This document shows positions 19,329 to 30,620 of a stretch of DNA of 32,502 nt, piece by piece (within the stretch, counting starts at the first letter, position 1; every line of letters starts with the position of its first letter). Below the pieces are notes generated by a model. The model did not search any database, was not told where the DNA came from, and was given only the letters and a program-made list of their open reading frames with translations. A program made the position numbers and the translations under genes. The stretch is taken from the sequence record SRR31156797_3824; one strand, 5' to 3'.

Positions 19329-19457
19329 ACGAATAAAGCGGTCATTTTTATTGAATGCCCCAGTTTTATTAAAGATTTAGCTGTGACGAATATATTTACT
19401 TCAAGTAAGTCTATTCTTGACTGTTAATCAAATAACTCTCTTTGGAAGGTAAAGTCC

Positions 19458-20189
19458 ATGACAACGAACCCTAAACCAGTATATCAACGTATTCTGTTAA
19501 AACTTAGCGGTGAAGCGCTTCAAGGTGAAGAAGGTTTTGGTATTGATCCAACCGTTCTTGACCGTATGGCTCAAGAAGTGAAAGAATTGGTTGAACTTGG
19601 CGTTCAAGTAGGTGTTGTTATCGGTGGTGGTAACTTATTCCGTGGTGCGGGTTTAGCCGCTGCGGGCATGAACCGCGTTGTTGGCGACCACATGGGGATG
19701 CTTGCAACAGTAATGAATGGCCTTGCGATGCGTGATGCACTACACCGCGCTTACGTAAATGCACGTGTGATGTCAGCAATTCCTCTAAACGGCGTATGTG
19801 ATGATTACAACTGGGCAGACGCAATTAGCCAATTACGCGGCGGCCGTGTAGTCATTTTTTCTGCTGGTACTGGTAACCCGTTCTTTACAACAGATTCAGC
19901 TGCTTGTTTACGTGGTATCGAAATTGAAGCGGATATCGTGCTAAAAGCAACCAAAGTTGACGGTGTGTTCACAGCTGACCCAGTAGCGAACCCAGAAGCT
20001 GAGTTGTATAATAAGCTTTCATACAACGATGTTCTTGAAAAAGAACTAAAAGTAATGGACTTGGCTGCATTCACATTGGCTCGTGACCACGGTATGCCAA
20101 TTCGCGTATTCAATATGAATAAACCAGGCGCTCTACGTCGTGTGGTTATGGGTGAAGCGGAAGGTACGCTTATTAGCGCCGCAGAATAA
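19458..20189 (+). CDS. pyrH: UMP kinase
   Basis: [43 protein letters not shown]. Confidence 0.98.
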   Translation: MTTNPKPVYQRILLKLSGEALQGEEGFGIDPTVLDRMAQEVKELVELGVQVGVVIGGGNLFRGAGLAAAGMNRVVGDHMGMLATVMNGLAMRDALHRAYVNARVMSAIPLNGVCDDYNWADAISQLRGGRVVIFSAGTGNPFFTTDSAACLRGIEIEADIVLKATKVDGVFTADPVANPEAELYNKLSYNDVLEKELKVMDLAAFTLARDHGMPIRVFNMNKPGALRRVVMGEAEGTLISAAE

Positions 20190-20225
20190 TCGCTCTCGAG
20201 ATGAAATAAGAATTAAGGTGAAATT

Positions 20226-20783
20226 GTGATTAATGAGATTAAAAAAGACGCTCAAGAGCGTATGGACAAAAGTGTAGAAGCACTAAAAAACACCCTTTCT
20301 AAGATTCGTACTGGTCGTGCTCACCCAAGTATATTATCAGGCATCAATGTTGAGTATTACGGTGCACCAACGCCTTTGACTCAGGTTGCAAACGTGGTTG
20401 CTGAAGATGCTCGCACGCTAGCTATTACCGTTTTTGATAAAGAGCTAACGCCTAAAGTTGAAAAAGCGATTCTGACTTCGGATTTAGGTCTAAACCCAAT
20501 GTCAGCGGGTACTGTTATCCGTGTTCCACTTCCTCCGCTAACAGAAGAGCGTCGTCGTGATCTGGTTAAGATTGTACGTGGTGAAGCTGAAGGTGGCCGT
20601 GTTGCAGTACGCAACATCCGTCGTGATGCGAACGGCGATCTAAAAGGTCTACTAAAAGAAAAAGAAATTTCTGAAGATGAAGATCGTAAAGCTCAAGACG
20701 AAATTCAGAAATTGACTGACGCAGCGGTTAAGAAAATCGATGAAGTTCTTGCTGCAAAAGAAAAAGAGTTAATGGAAGTTTAA
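20226..20783 (+). CDS. frr: Ribosome recycling factor
   Basis: 185 aa, GTG start; [24 protein letters not shown]. Confidence 0.98.
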   Translation: MINEIKKDAQERMDKSVEALKNTLSKIRTGRAHPSILSGINVEYYGAPTPLTQVANVVAEDARTLAITVFDKELTPKVEKAILTSDLGLNPMSAGTVIRVPLPPLTEERRRDLVKIVRGEAEGGRVAVRNIRRDANGDLKGLLKEKEISEDEDRKAQDEIQKLTDAAVKKIDEVLAAKEKELMEV

Positions 20784-20806
20784 TATCCCATAATTCTCAA
20801 TAATAT

Positions 20807-20832
20807 AACGCTGTGCTCGCAGCACAGCGTTT
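20807..20832 (+). terminator. Stem-loop / weak terminator after frr
   Basis: AACGCTGTGC-TCGCA-GCACAGCGTT with only a short T tail. Confidence 0.6.
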
Positions 20833-20877
20833 ATCTATGCTACTCTTCATCATCTTTTTATCTTCAATACTTTCCTT

Positions 20878-21630
20878 ATGCAAAACTCGCTACTCTCTTC
20901 TGATTCTCTACCACAGCATATTGCAGTCATCATGGATGGCAATGGACGATGGGCTAAAGAACAAGGTAAACCTCGTGTTTTTGGCCACAAAAATGGTGTC
21001 TCCTCAGTTCGAAAAACCATATCCACCTCTGCTCGTTTAGGCATTAAAGCTGTCACACTGTTCGCATTCAGCAGTGAGAACTGGAAAAGACCGGAAGAAG
21101 AAGTTGGGTTACTTATGGAATTATTCATGAGTGTGCTGACTTCTGAAGTGAAAAAACTGCATAAGAACCAATTGCGACTGCGTGTTATTGGAGATAAAAC
21201 ACGTTTTAGCGAGCGTCTGCAAAACAAAATTGCTCATGCTGAAGAACTCACCCAAAATAATTCAGGCATGCTGGTTAATATTGCGGCCAACTACGGTGGC
21301 CAGTGGGATATTACCGAAGCGACCAAGGCGATTGCTGAAAAAGTCACTCAAGGTGAGTTAGTTGCGTCTGATATCAATGAAGAAGTGATTCGTTCGCATT
21401 TAACTATGTCGGATATTCCACCGGTCGATCTTCTGATCCGCACTGGAGGTGAGTGTCGAATCAGCAACTTTATGTTGTGGCAACTTGCGTACGCAGAGCT
21501 GTATTTTACGCCAACATATTGGCCAGAGTTTGGTGAAGAACAATTAGTCGAAGCAGTGACTTGGTTTGTTAATCGGGAGCGTCGTTTCGGCTGTACTGGT
21601 GAACAAATCAAGGCATTGATGGAAAAATAA
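20878..21630 (+). CDS. uppS: Undecaprenyl diphosphate synthase
   Basis: [54 protein letters not shown]. Confidence 0.97.
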   Translation: MQNSLLSSDSLPQHIAVIMDGNGRWAKEQGKPRVFGHKNGVSSVRKTISTSARLGIKAVTLFAFSSENWKRPEEEVGLLMELFMSVLTSEVKKLHKNQLRLRVIGDKTRFSERLQNKIAHAEELTQNNSGMLVNIAANYGGQWDITEATKAIAEKVTQGELVASDINEEVIRSHLTMSDIPPVDLLIRTGGECRISNFMLWQLAYAELYFTPTYWPEFGEEQLVEAVTWFVNRERRFGCTGEQIKALMEK

Positions 21631-21646
21631 AAATAGGATTTAAAGT

Positions 21647-22489
21647 TTGAAGCAAAGAATAATTACAGCGCTCATACTTGCACCTTTGGTGATTTTAGCC
21701 ATCTTTTACCTCTCTCCTCCATGGTTTATGGCTGCATTAGCTGCCGTGGTTTTCATTGGTTGTTGGGAATGGACACAGTTTGTTAATGCCCAATCGCGTT
21801 ACCTCGCTATCGTACCTGCAACCGCCGCCGGTATTTTAAGTTACTTGTGGTTAGCCCCAAGTGATGTGAGCTTTAATCTATTAAGTTCTCCCCATTACAC
21901 GATACTTATCATTGGTAGTATTTGGTGGGTGTTTTCTAGTTTCCTGGCAATTACTTATCCGAAATCCCGCGCTTGGTGGGAAAATTCTAAAATTTTACGT
22001 CACCTATTCGGTATCTTAACGTTGGTTCCTTTTTATTGGAGCGTGGTGTTTTTAAGAGCAGAAGGTGTGGCTGATGACTTGTTTCATGGCCCGAAGCTGG
22101 TACTGTTTGTTTGCTTGATTGTATGGGCTGCGGACAGCGGCGCTTACTTTGCAGGTAAAAGCTTTGGCAAGCGCAAGATGGCACCTGCAGTGAGCCCAAA
22201 TAAAACGATTGAGGGTTTAGTTGGTGGTATCATCGCGGCCACTATTGTCGGCTGGTTGTTTGCTGATTGGTTTAGCATTCAGTTCACGTCAGTGTTTATG
22301 ATGCTATTAACCATTTTTGCTACTGTGGTGATCTCAGTATTGGGTGACCTGGTAGAAAGTATGTTTAAACGAGTTTCTGGCATCAAAGATAGCAGCAATA
22401 TTATTCCTGGGCATGGTGGTATTTTAGACCGTGTTGATAGTTTAACGGCTGCGTTTCCTGTGTTTGCTCTTCTTTACTTCTGGTTTTAA
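21647..22489 (+). CDS. cdsA: Phosphatidate cytidylyltransferase
   Basis: TTG start after AGGA; membrane protein with WAADSGAYF.G, SPNKTIEG, GDLVES.FKR, KDSS..IPGHGGILDRVDS. Confidence 0.97.
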   Translation: MKQRIITALILAPLVILAIFYLSPPWFMAALAAVVFIGCWEWTQFVNAQSRYLAIVPATAAGILSYLWLAPSDVSFNLLSSPHYTILIIGSIWWVFSSFLAITYPKSRAWWENSKILRHLFGILTLVPFYWSVVFLRAEGVADDLFHGPKLVLFVCLIVWAADSGAYFAGKSFGKRKMAPAVSPNKTIEGLVGGIIAATIVGWLFADWFSIQFTSVFMMLLTIFATVVISVLGDLVESMFKRVSGIKDSSNIIPGHGGILDRVDSLTAAFPVFALLYFWF

Positions 22490-22549
22490 TGAGTCAGCTG
22501 GTTTGTTTTATCTAGCTACTTTGAACTATCCAACTAAAACGGTTTTACT

Positions 22550-23758
22550 ATGCGTAAGTTAACGATTCTTGGTGCGACAGGCTCTATTGGTGCTAGTACG
22601 CTCAAAGTAGTTAAAGAGAATCCACGACAATTTGAAGTTATTGCTTTGGCTGCGGGTGGAAACGTAGAGAAGATGCGAGAGCTGTGCGTAAGCTGGAATC
22701 CTCAGTTCGCGGTTATGGCTTCCGCGCAGGCTGCTCAAATGCTTCAGTCACAACTGGCGCAACATCAGCTGAGGACTGAAGTACTTTATGGCGTAGATGC
22801 CATGTGCCATGTCTCTTCTATGCCGGAAGTTGACACCGTTATGGCGGCGATTGTAGGCGCAGCGGGGTTAGTTCCGACAATGGCAGCGGTTAAAGCGGGT
22901 AAGCGTGTACTGTTGGCAAATAAAGAGGCATTAGTGATGTCCGGCCAACTGTTTATCGACGCGGTTGAACAGTATGGTGCCGAACTGCTGCCTGTTGATA
23001 GTGAACATAATGCGATTTTTCAATGTTTGCCTGCTCAAGTGCAAACGGAACTAGGCCGATGCGATCTTGCCGCTAATGGCGTGTCAAATATTCTACTGAC
23101 AGGCTCTGGTGGACCTTTCCGTTACAGTGATATCAGTACATTGGCTAATGTCACTCCCGAACAAGCCATTGCACACCCTAACTGGTCAATGGGACCAAAG
23201 ATTTCAGTCGACTCCGCGACCATGATGAACAAAGGTCTAGAGTACATTGAAGCGAAATGGTTGTTTAATGCTTCTCGTGAACAACTGAAAGTGTTGATTC
23301 ATCCTCAGTCAGTGATCCACTCCATGGTTCAGTTTAAAGATGGTTCTACTATTGCTCAGCTTGGAGAACCGGATATGGCGACGCCAATTGCTTTTACCAT
23401 GGCGTATCCGCAACGCATTAGTGCCAATGTTGATGCCTTAGATTTTACTCGCTTAGGCGAGTTAACCTTTATGGATGTGGATTTTCAGCGTTACCCATGC
23501 TTGAAATTAGCCATTGATGCTTGTTATGAAGGTCAACATGCAACCACATCCTTAAATGCTGCCAATGAAATTGCTGTCGATGCCTTTTTGAAAGGGCAAA
23601 TTCGATTTACTGACATCGCTGCAATTAACGATGGAGTATTGTCTCATGCTAGCCTGGCTAATAAACAGTTACATAGCTATGACTTGGAAAGCCTATTAGA
23701 GCTGGATACAATGGCGCGACACCTTGCAAATCAGTTATTGAAAGAGCGTGTATTATGA
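22550..23758 (+). CDS. dxr: 1-deoxy-D-xylulose 5-phosphate reductoisomerase
   Basis: [52 protein letters not shown]. Confidence 0.98.
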   Translation: MRKLTILGATGSIGASTLKVVKENPRQFEVIALAAGGNVEKMRELCVSWNPQFAVMASAQAAQMLQSQLAQHQLRTEVLYGVDAMCHVSSMPEVDTVMAAIVGAAGLVPTMAAVKAGKRVLLANKEALVMSGQLFIDAVEQYGAELLPVDSEHNAIFQCLPAQVQTELGRCDLAANGVSNILLTGSGGPFRYSDISTLANVTPEQAIAHPNWSMGPKISVDSATMMNKGLEYIEAKWLFNASREQLKVLIHPQSVIHSMVQFKDGSTIAQLGEPDMATPIAFTMAYPQRISANVDALDFTRLGELTFMDVDFQRYPCLKLAIDACYEGQHATTSLNAANEIAVDAFLKGQIRFTDIAAINDGVLSHASLANKQLHSYDLESLLELDTMARHLANQLLKERVL

Positions 23759-25113
23759 GCGGCATTTTGTGGAATTTGATCTCCTTTATCGTAGCTTTAG
23801 GCATTCTGGTTGCTGTCCACGAGTTTGGACACTTCTGGGTTGCGAGAAAGTGTGGCGTAAAAGTTGAGAAGTTTTCGATTGGTTTTGGTAAATCGATTTG
23901 GAAACGTATCGGTAAAGATGGTACTGAGTACAGTATTTCAATGATTCCACTTGGTGGTTTCGTCAAAATGCTGGATGGACGTGTTGATGATGTTCCAGAA
24001 GATCAACAACGTTTTGCCTTTGATAAGAAACCACTATGGCAACGTTCAGCCATTGTTGCAGCTGGGCCTGCCTTTAACTTCTTTTTTGCTATTTTTGCCT
24101 ATTGGATCGTGTTCCTTGTTGGCGTCCCAACAGTTAAACCTGTCATCGGGCAAGTCATTCCTCACTCTATTTCCGCGCAAGCAGGCTTACAATCGGGCAT
24201 GGAAATAAAATCCGTCTCCGGTGTCCAGACATTAAGTTGGGAAACCGTCAATATGGGCCTGATTGATCATATCGGCGACAAGACGTTAACTATGACCGTT
24301 TCTTCCGCAGAAGGTGTCGGAATCGACGAAACGAAAACTTTAGACCTATCTGAGTGGAACTTTGACCCAGAATCAGAGTCTGCTATGGAGGCTCTTGGTT
24401 TTAAGCCTTATACCCCTGAAATTTATCTCTCTTTGATAAATGTTTCAGAAGGTGGTGCAGGTGCTTCGGCGGGACTTAAAACGGGAGACGTTATCACTCA
24501 TATTAATGGTCAAGCCATTACTGAGTGGCGACAGGTAGTGACCGTCATTCAGAATAATCCAGACAATGCGCTTAAGTTTCAGATTGAACGAGCGGGAGAA
24601 CCAATTGATTTGGTAGTGACACCTCAAGCTAAATCATTGTCTCAGGGTAAAGTGATTGGTTTTGCTGGGATTGCACCTGAAGTCGCAGAATGGCCGCAAA
24701 GTTATCGATTTGATCTCCAATATGGTGTAATTGAATCGGTTGGTAAAGCGGCAGAAAAAACCGGACAAGTTATTAGCTTAACGATCAATATGTTGAAGAA
24801 ACTGATCGTTGGCGATGTTGGTTTAAACAACTTGAGTGGCCCCATTTCGATAGCGAAAGGGGCCGGAACTACCGCTGATTATGGGTTGGTGTACTTCCTT
24901 GGTTTCTTAGCATTAATTAGTGTCAATTTAGGCATTATCAATTTAGTGCCTTTACCAATGCTTGATGGCGGGCACCTATTATTTTTTGCTGTTGAGGCTT
25001 TGACTCGTCGTCCTGTACCAGAAAAAGTACAAGAAATGGGCTACCGAATCGGCGGGGCAATTATATTCTCCTTAATGGTAGTAGCATTATTTAACGATTT
25101 TACTCGCCTGTGA
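23755..25113 (+). CDS. rseP: Intramembrane zinc metalloprotease RseP (YaeL)
   Basis: HEFGH zinc motif, FSIGFG, two PDZ domains, [15 protein letters not shown] overlap with dxr. Confidence 0.97.
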   Translation: MSGILWNLISFIVALGILVAVHEFGHFWVARKCGVKVEKFSIGFGKSIWKRIGKDGTEYSISMIPLGGFVKMLDGRVDDVPEDQQRFAFDKKPLWQRSAIVAAGPAFNFFFAIFAYWIVFLVGVPTVKPVIGQVIPHSISAQAGLQSGMEIKSVSGVQTLSWETVNMGLIDHIGDKTLTMTVSSAEGVGIDETKTLDLSEWNFDPESESAMEALGFKPYTPEIYLSLINVSEGGAGASAGLKTGDVITHINGQAITEWRQVVTVIQNNPDNALKFQIERAGEPIDLVVTPQAKSLSQGKVIGFAGIAPEVAEWPQSYRFDLQYGVIESVGKAAEKTGQVISLTINMLKKLIVGDVGLNNLSGPISIAKGAGTTADYGLVYFLGFLALISVNLGIINLVPLPMLDGGHLLFFAVEALTRRPVPEKVQEMGYRIGGAIIFSLMVVALFNDFTRL

Positions 25114-25161
25114 TTGATTAATATTGGGCAAAAGCTGTAGTAAGGAATAATTCGAATACAT

Positions 25162-27579
25162 ATGGCAATGAAAAAGATCCTTTTCGCAACGCTGCTCGCA
25201 ACTAGCGTGTCGGCGAACAGTGCCGAAAGTTTTGTAGTACAGGATATTCAGATAGATGGTTTACAACGCGTTGCCCTTGGTGCAGCGTTGTTGAAAATGC
25301 CAGTTCGTATCGGAGACACAGTAGGCTCACAAGACGTAGCAGGCATCATTAAAGCACTCTATGCATCAGGTAACTTTGAAGATGTAAAAGTGCTCCGTGA
25401 TGGTGGTGTATTGGTTGTTGAAGTAAAAGAGCGACCAACAATTGCAACCGTATCCTTCTCTGGCAATAAAGCGATCAAAGAAGAACAGTTGCAACAGAAC
25501 CTCGATGCTTCAGGCATTCGCGTTGGTGAAGCATTAGATCGCACCACGCTAAGCAACATTGAAAAAGGTCTTGAAGACTTTTATTACAGTGTTGGTAAAT
25601 ACAATGCGACAGTACAAGCGGTAGTGACCCCTTTACCTCGGAACCGAGCGGACTTGAAGTTTGTTTTCACTGAAGGTGTTTCGGCTAAAATTCAACAGAT
25701 CAACTTCATCGGCAATGAAGTTTTCACTGATGAAGAACTGCTGTCTCGTTTCAACTTAAATGTCGATGTGGCTTGGTGGAATTTCCTTTCTGATGATAAG
25801 TATCAAAAGCAAGTTTTAGCCGCAGATATTGAAGCATTGCGTTCTTACTATCTTGACCGTGGTTACCTGAAGTTCCAAGTTGATGGCACCAACGTTTCGA
25901 TTTCTCCAGATAAAAAAGGCGTCTATATCACGCTTAATATCAACGAGGGCGAACCTTACACGGTTAAAGATGTTAAGTTCCGTGGTCAACTGATTGGCAA
26001 AGAAGACGAGTTTAATGCTTTAGTTCCATTTGAAAGCGGTGAAACCTACAACGGCTCTTCTGTGACTCAACTGGAAGAGAGTGTCAAACGAGTGTTGGGT
26101 GAAGCAGGCTATGCGTATCCTCAAGTTCGAACACTTCCTGAATTTGACGATGAAACGAAAGAAGTGTCATTAGTGGTTAACGTTGAATCGGGTAATCGCA
26201 TCTATGTACGCGATATTCGATTTGTCGGTAACAACGCGACACGTGATGAAGTGTTACGTCGTGAAATGCGTCAAATGGAAGGGAGTTGGTTAAGTTCTAA
26301 AGCCATTGATACCGGTAAATCTCGTTTGAACCGTTTAGGTTTCTTTGAAACAGTGGACGTTCAAACCGTGCGAGTTCCTGGTTCTGAAGACCAAGTTGAC
26401 TTAGTTTACAATGTTAAAGAGGCTAACTCTGGCAGTGTAAACTTTGGTATCGGCTACGGTACAGAGTCAGGTATGAGTTTCCAGGTTGGTTTGCAGCAAG
26501 ATAACTTTGTGGGTTCTGGTAACCGTGTTGGTATTAATGCGATGACCAACGATTATCAGAAGAATGTGACCTTAGAATATCGTGATCCATACTGGAACCT
26601 GGATGGGGTCAGTTTGGGCGGTAAGGTTTTCTATAACCAGTTTGAAGCTGAAGAGGCTGGTATTGTTGACTATACCAACGAAAGTTATGGTACCAACTTA
26701 ACCTGGGGTTTCCCGTTTGATGAGTTAAACCGTTTTGAATTCGGTGTGGGCTATACACACAATAAGATAGGCAACTTATCGCCATATCTTCAGGTGGAAC
26801 GTTTCCTTGAAGCACAGCAAAGTAACTTGGATGATGACGGCAGCCTAGTTACTAACGATTTTGATATTAATATTTCCTGGACTCGTAATAACCTGAACAG
26901 AGGTTATTTCCCGACGGCAGGCAACTATCAGCGTGCATATTATAAAATGACTGTACCTGGCTCTGACACTCAGTACTTTAAGCTGCAGTATGATGTACGT
27001 CAGTATTTTCCGCTGACGAAGAAGCATGAGTTTGCCTTGTTACTACGCGGTCGTTTGGGTTACGGTAATGGCTATGGTCAGACGGATGGTAAGGATAATT
27101 TATATCCGTTCTATGAGAACTTCTATGCTGGTGGCTTTACCAGTTTAAGAGGTTTTGGATCGAACTCAGCCGGTCCAAAAGCAGTATATAGAGACTATTC
27201 AAGTTCAAACAATGGCTCTGACATAGCGACCGATGATGCCGTTGGTGGTAATGCTGTTGCGTTAGGCAGCATTGAACTGATTGTCCCAACCCCATTTGCT
27301 TCTGATGAGGCTCGCAGTCAGATTCGTACCAGTATCTTCTATGATATGGCAAGCGTATGGGATACAGAGTTCGATTACCGTAAAGCGCAAGAAAGTGGGT
27401 ATGACACACAATACTACTATGACTACTCAGATCCTACCAACTACCGCTCATCTTACGGTGTTGCATTACAGTGGATGTCACCAATGGGACCATTAGTGTT
27501 CTCACTGGCGAAACCAATAAAAATTTACGAAGGTGATGATGAAGAGTTCTTCACATTCACTATCGGCAAAACGTTCTAA
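25162..27579 (+). CDS. bamA: Outer membrane protein assembly factor BamA
   Basis: 805 aa; signal peptide, POTRA repeats ([15 protein letters not shown]), loop-6 motif YAGG..SLRGF, C-terminal Phe. Confidence 0.98.
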   Translation: MAMKKILFATLLATSVSANSAESFVVQDIQIDGLQRVALGAALLKMPVRIGDTVGSQDVAGIIKALYASGNFEDVKVLRDGGVLVVEVKERPTIATVSFSGNKAIKEEQLQQNLDASGIRVGEALDRTTLSNIEKGLEDFYYSVGKYNATVQAVVTPLPRNRADLKFVFTEGVSAKIQQINFIGNEVFTDEELLSRFNLNVDVAWWNFLSDDKYQKQVLAADIEALRSYYLDRGYLKFQVDGTNVSISPDKKGVYITLNINEGEPYTVKDVKFRGQLIGKEDEFNALVPFESGETYNGSSVTQLEESVKRVLGEAGYAYPQVRTLPEFDDETKEVSLVVNVESGNRIYVRDIRFVGNNATRDEVLRREMRQMEGSWLSSKAIDTGKSRLNRLGFFETVDVQTVRVPGSEDQVDLVYNVKEANSGSVNFGIGYGTESGMSFQVGLQQDNFVGSGNRVGINAMTNDYQKNVTLEYRDPYWNLDGVSLGGKVFYNQFEAEEAGIVDYTNESYGTNLTWGFPFDELNRFEFGVGYTHNKIGNLSPYLQVERFLEAQQSNLDDDGSLVTNDFDINISWTRNNLNRGYFPTAGNYQRAYYKMTVPGSDTQYFKLQYDVRQYFPLTKKHEFALLLRGRLGYGNGYGQTDGKDNLYPFYENFYAGGFTSLRGFGSNSAGPKAVYRDYSSSNNGSDIATDDAVGGNAVALGSIELIVPTPFASDEARSQIRTSIFYDMASVWDTEFDYRKAQESGYDTQYYYDYSDPTNYRSSYGVALQWMSPMGPLVFSLAKPIKIYEGDDEEFFTFTIGKTF

Positions 27580-27593
27580 TAGAGGAAAGTATT

Positions 27594-28103
27594 TTGAAAA
27601 AAATGATAAAAGCTGCAGGTGTTAGTCTTCTTGTTTTAAGCTCATCTATGTTTGCAAATGCGGCTGAAGCGGCGCAAAAAGTTGGTTACATCAATACCGC
27701 ACAAGTTTTTCAAGCTTTACCACAACGTGAAGTTGTTCTTCAAAAGATGAAAGCTGAATTTAAAGATCGTGAAGCTGAACTTCAAAGCCTACAAGCTGAA
27801 GGTAAAACTAAAGTTGAGAAGCTAAAGCGAGACGGTTCACTGATGAGCCCAGAAGAAATTGAGAAACTGCGCATCGAGATCGGTCAACTAGACAGCAAGT
27901 ACAAAATCAAAGTACAGGCTTTAGAAAAAGCTTCAGCTCAACGTGAAGCACAAGAAAAGCAAAAGCTGTTTAAAGTCATTCAAGAAGCTGTGAAAAAAGT
28001 CGCAGAGAAAGAAGGTTACGATATGATTGTTGATGTTCAGGCGATTGCATTCGGTAATCCTGAGTTCAATATTTCAGAAAAAGTAATTAAAGAAGTTAAA
28101 TAA
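27594..28103 (+). CDS. skp: Periplasmic chaperone Skp (OmpH)
   Basis: TTG start after GAGG; signal peptide, KVGYIN, long coiled coil, VAEKEGYDMIVD; lies between bamA and lpxD. Confidence 0.93.
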   Translation: MKKMIKAAGVSLLVLSSSMFANAAEAAQKVGYINTAQVFQALPQREVVLQKMKAEFKDREAELQSLQAEGKTKVEKLKRDGSLMSPEEIEKLRIEIGQLDSKYKIKVQALEKASAQREAQEKQKLFKVIQEAVKKVAEKEGYDMIVDVQAIAFGNPEFNISEKVIKEVK

Positions 28104-28116
28104 GTAGCGCATTAAT

Positions 28117-29151
28117 ATGAAAACACTGACTTTAGCTGAATTAGCAGCGATAACGGGTGGAGAGTTACATGGCGACAGCGAAGCTGTCGTTAGCCGTGTT
28201 GCTCCAATGGATAGTGCACAAGAGGGTGATGTCACTTTCTTATCTAATCCTAAATACAGCAAACATCTGGCTCTATCTAAAGCAACAGTGTTAATGGTCA
28301 AAGAATCAGAGCGAGAGCTATGTCCATTAAACGTTTTGGTGGTTGCTGACCCGTATGTTGCTTTTGCTAAAGTAGCTCAAGCTCTCGATGTTACGCCTTC
28401 TCCTGCTGAAAATGGCGTTGCGCCATCAGCGGTTGTTGCCGATGATGTTGTAATGGGCAGTAACGTGTCGATTGGTGCGAATGCCGTGATTGAAAACGGT
28501 GTTGAACTTGGTGATAACGTTGTTATCGGTGCAGGCTGTTTTATCGGTAAAAACGTAAAACTGGGCAAAAATACCAAATTGTGGGCAAACGTGAGTGTTT
28601 ACCATGATGTACAAATCGGTGAAGATTGTTTAGTTCAGTCAAGCACTGTTATCGGTTCTGATGGTTTCGGTTATGCCAATGAACGCGGCGAGTGGATTAA
28701 AATTCCTCAGATCGGCTCAGTGCGTATCGGCAATCGAGTTGAAATTGGTGCTTGTACTACGATAGATCGCGGCGCTCTAGATGATACTGTTATCGAAGAT
28801 AATGTTATTTTAGATAATCAGCTACAAATCGCGCATAACGTTCACATCGGATATGGTACTGCGATGGCGGGTGGTACCATTGTCGCAGGAAGTACTCAGA
28901 TTGGTAAGTATTGTATTATCGGCGGAGGCAGTGTGATTAATGGTCATATTTCTATTGCTGATGGTGTCACTATTACTGGCATGGGTATGGTTATGCGTGG
29001 TATCGAAGAAAAAGGCATGTACTCTTCGGGTATCCCTCTGCAGCCCAACAAAGAGTGGCGTAAAACCGCGACTCGAGTTCATCGTATTGATGATATGAAC
29101 AAGCGATTAAAGGCAGTTGAAAAGCAACTAGAGCAAAAAAACGACGCTTAA
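28117..29151 (+). CDS. lpxD: UDP-3-O-(3-hydroxyacyl)glucosamine N-acyltransferase
   Basis: FLSNPKY, hexapeptide repeats, [26 protein letters not shown]. Confidence 0.98.
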   Translation: MKTLTLAELAAITGGELHGDSEAVVSRVAPMDSAQEGDVTFLSNPKYSKHLALSKATVLMVKESERELCPLNVLVVADPYVAFAKVAQALDVTPSPAENGVAPSAVVADDVVMGSNVSIGANAVIENGVELGDNVVIGAGCFIGKNVKLGKNTKLWANVSVYHDVQIGEDCLVQSSTVIGSDGFGYANERGEWIKIPQIGSVRIGNRVEIGACTTIDRGALDDTVIEDNVILDNQLQIAHNVHIGYGTAMAGGTIVAGSTQIGKYCIIGGGSVINGHISIADGVTITGMGMVMRGIEEKGMYSSGIPLQPNKEWRKTATRVHRIDDMNKRLKAVEKQLEQKNDA

Positions 29152-29178
29152 TCCTTTAAATTGCAGGCTTTTGTAGAT

Positions 29179-29204
29179 AAGGCTCGCAAAGTGCGAGCCT
29201 TTTT
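29179..29204 (+). terminator. Intrinsic terminator after lpxD
   Basis: AAGGCTCGCA-AAG-TGCGAGCCTTTTT. Confidence 0.8.
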
Positions 29205-29208
29205 CGTC

Positions 29209-29214
29209 TATAAT
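29209..29214 (+). promoter_or_regulatory. Putative -10 box for fabZ-lpxA
   Basis: Perfect TATAAT 4 nt after the terminator T-run and about 40 nt before fabZ; the -35 is poor. Confidence 0.5.
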
Positions 29215-29255
29215 CGGCTAAAGATTTTTAAATATTTTTGAATAGGAATACGACT

Positions 29256-29708
29256 TTGACTAGTGAAAAGAAAACGATGAATATCACTGAGATTCAGGAG
29301 CTGCTTCCTCATCGCTATCCATTCTTGTTAATTGATCGCGTTACAGATTATGAAGAAGCTAAGTATCTTGTTGGCTTAAAAAACGTTTCAGTAAATGAGC
29401 CTCAGTTTACTGGTCATTTTCCCCAGTTACCTATCTTTCCTGGTGTCTTGATCCTTGAAGCAATGGCTCAAGCTACCGGTTTGTTGGCGTTTAAATCATT
29501 TGGTGCGTCACAAGAGAACGAATTGTATTACTTTGCAAGTATTGATAACGCTAAGTTCCGTAAGCCTGTTGTTCCTGGTGATCAACTGATTATCGAAGTT
29601 GAATTTCTAAAAGAGCGTCGTGGTATCGCACTGTTTAATGGCGTTGCGAAGGTTGACGGCGAAGTTGTATGTTCAGCTGAACTTAAATGTGCACGTAGAG
29701 AGTTCTAA
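29256..29708 (+). CDS. fabZ: 3-hydroxyacyl-ACP dehydratase
   Basis: [40 protein letters not shown]. The likely start is TTG 29256 after AGGA (150 aa). Confidence 0.98.
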   Translation: MTSEKKTMNITEIQELLPHRYPFLLIDRVTDYEEAKYLVGLKNVSVNEPQFTGHFPQLPIFPGVLILEAMAQATGLLAFKSFGASQENELYYFASIDNAKFRKPVVPGDQLIIEVEFLKERRGIALFNGVAKVDGEVVCSAELKCARREF

Positions 29709-29709
29709 T

Positions 29710-30498
29710 ATGATCCACGAATCAGCACAAATTCACCCAGCCGCCGTCGTTGAAGAAGGTGCTGTGATTGGCGCTAACGTTACTGTTGGTCCTTTCACAT
29801 ACATCACTTCAGGCGTTACCATTGGCGATGGTACGGAAGTCATGTCGCATGTGGTTATCAAAGGTAACACTGTGATCGGCAAAGAAAACCGTATTTTCCC
29901 ACATGCGGTTATCGGTGAAGAAAACCAAGACAAGAAATACGGCGGTGAAGACACGACAGTGGTCATCGGCGACCGCAATGTTATTCGCGAAGCGGTTCAG
30001 ATTCACCGTGGTACGGTACAAGATAAAGCGACAACCGTTGTCGGCAATGACAATCTACTGTGTGTGAATGCTCATATTGCTCACGATTGTGTTGTTGGTA
30101 ATAACACACACATTGGGAACAATGCGATTCTGGGTGGCCACGTAACGGTAGAAGATAATGCTGGTGTGATGGCATTATCTGCGATTCATCCATTCTGTAC
30201 TGTTGGCGCTTATGCATACATCGGCGGTTGTTCTGCAGTTGTTCAGGACGTACCTGCTTATGTACTGGCACAAGGTAACCACGCAACTCCGTTTGGCTTG
30301 AACCTTGTTGGTTTGAAGCGTCACGGTTTTGAGAAACCAGAAATTCGTGCGATTCAAAAAGCGTACAAAGAGATTTATCGCTCTGGCAAAACTCAAGCTG
30401 AAGTTATCCCAGTGATAAAAGAGATGGCGCAAGAGTGGCCGTCGATTGAACGATTTGTTTCGATTCTGGAATCAACGGAACGTGGCATCATTCGCTAA
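29710..30498 (+). CDS. lpxA: Acyl-ACP--UDP-N-acetylglucosamine O-acyltransferase
   Basis: True start ATG 29710 (262 aa); hexapeptide repeats, QDKKY, IHRGT, catalytic [23 protein letters not shown]. Confidence 0.98.
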   Translation: MIHESAQIHPAAVVEEGAVIGANVTVGPFTYITSGVTIGDGTEVMSHVVIKGNTVIGKENRIFPHAVIGEENQDKKYGGEDTTVVIGDRNVIREAVQIHRGTVQDKATTVVGNDNLLCVNAHIAHDCVVGNNTHIGNNAILGGHVTVEDNAGVMALSAIHPFCTVGAYAYIGGCSAVVQDVPAYVLAQGNHATPFGLNLVGLKRHGFEKPEIRAIQKAYKEIYRSGKTQAEVIPVIKEMAQEWPSIERFVSILESTERGIIR

Positions 30499-30522
30499 GC
30501 TTCGATTGATGTAAAAGCTAAT

Positions 30523-30555
30523 AAAAGATCGCAGCGTCATTGCTGCGGTCTTTTT
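30523..30555 (+). terminator. Intrinsic terminator after lpxA
   Basis: AAAAGATCGCAGC-GTCATT-GCTGCGGTCTTTTT. Confidence 0.8.
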
Positions 30556-30620
30556 GTGTTTTAAGGGTAATCGTATTCTCGGTTACTTTTTGCTATTTAA
30601 ATCTGATTTAAGGCTTAATT

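Noticed and set aside
28420..28990. Periodic sequence in lpxD (and lpxA)
   Set aside because: Explained by the hexapeptide repeats of the left-handed beta-helix fold.
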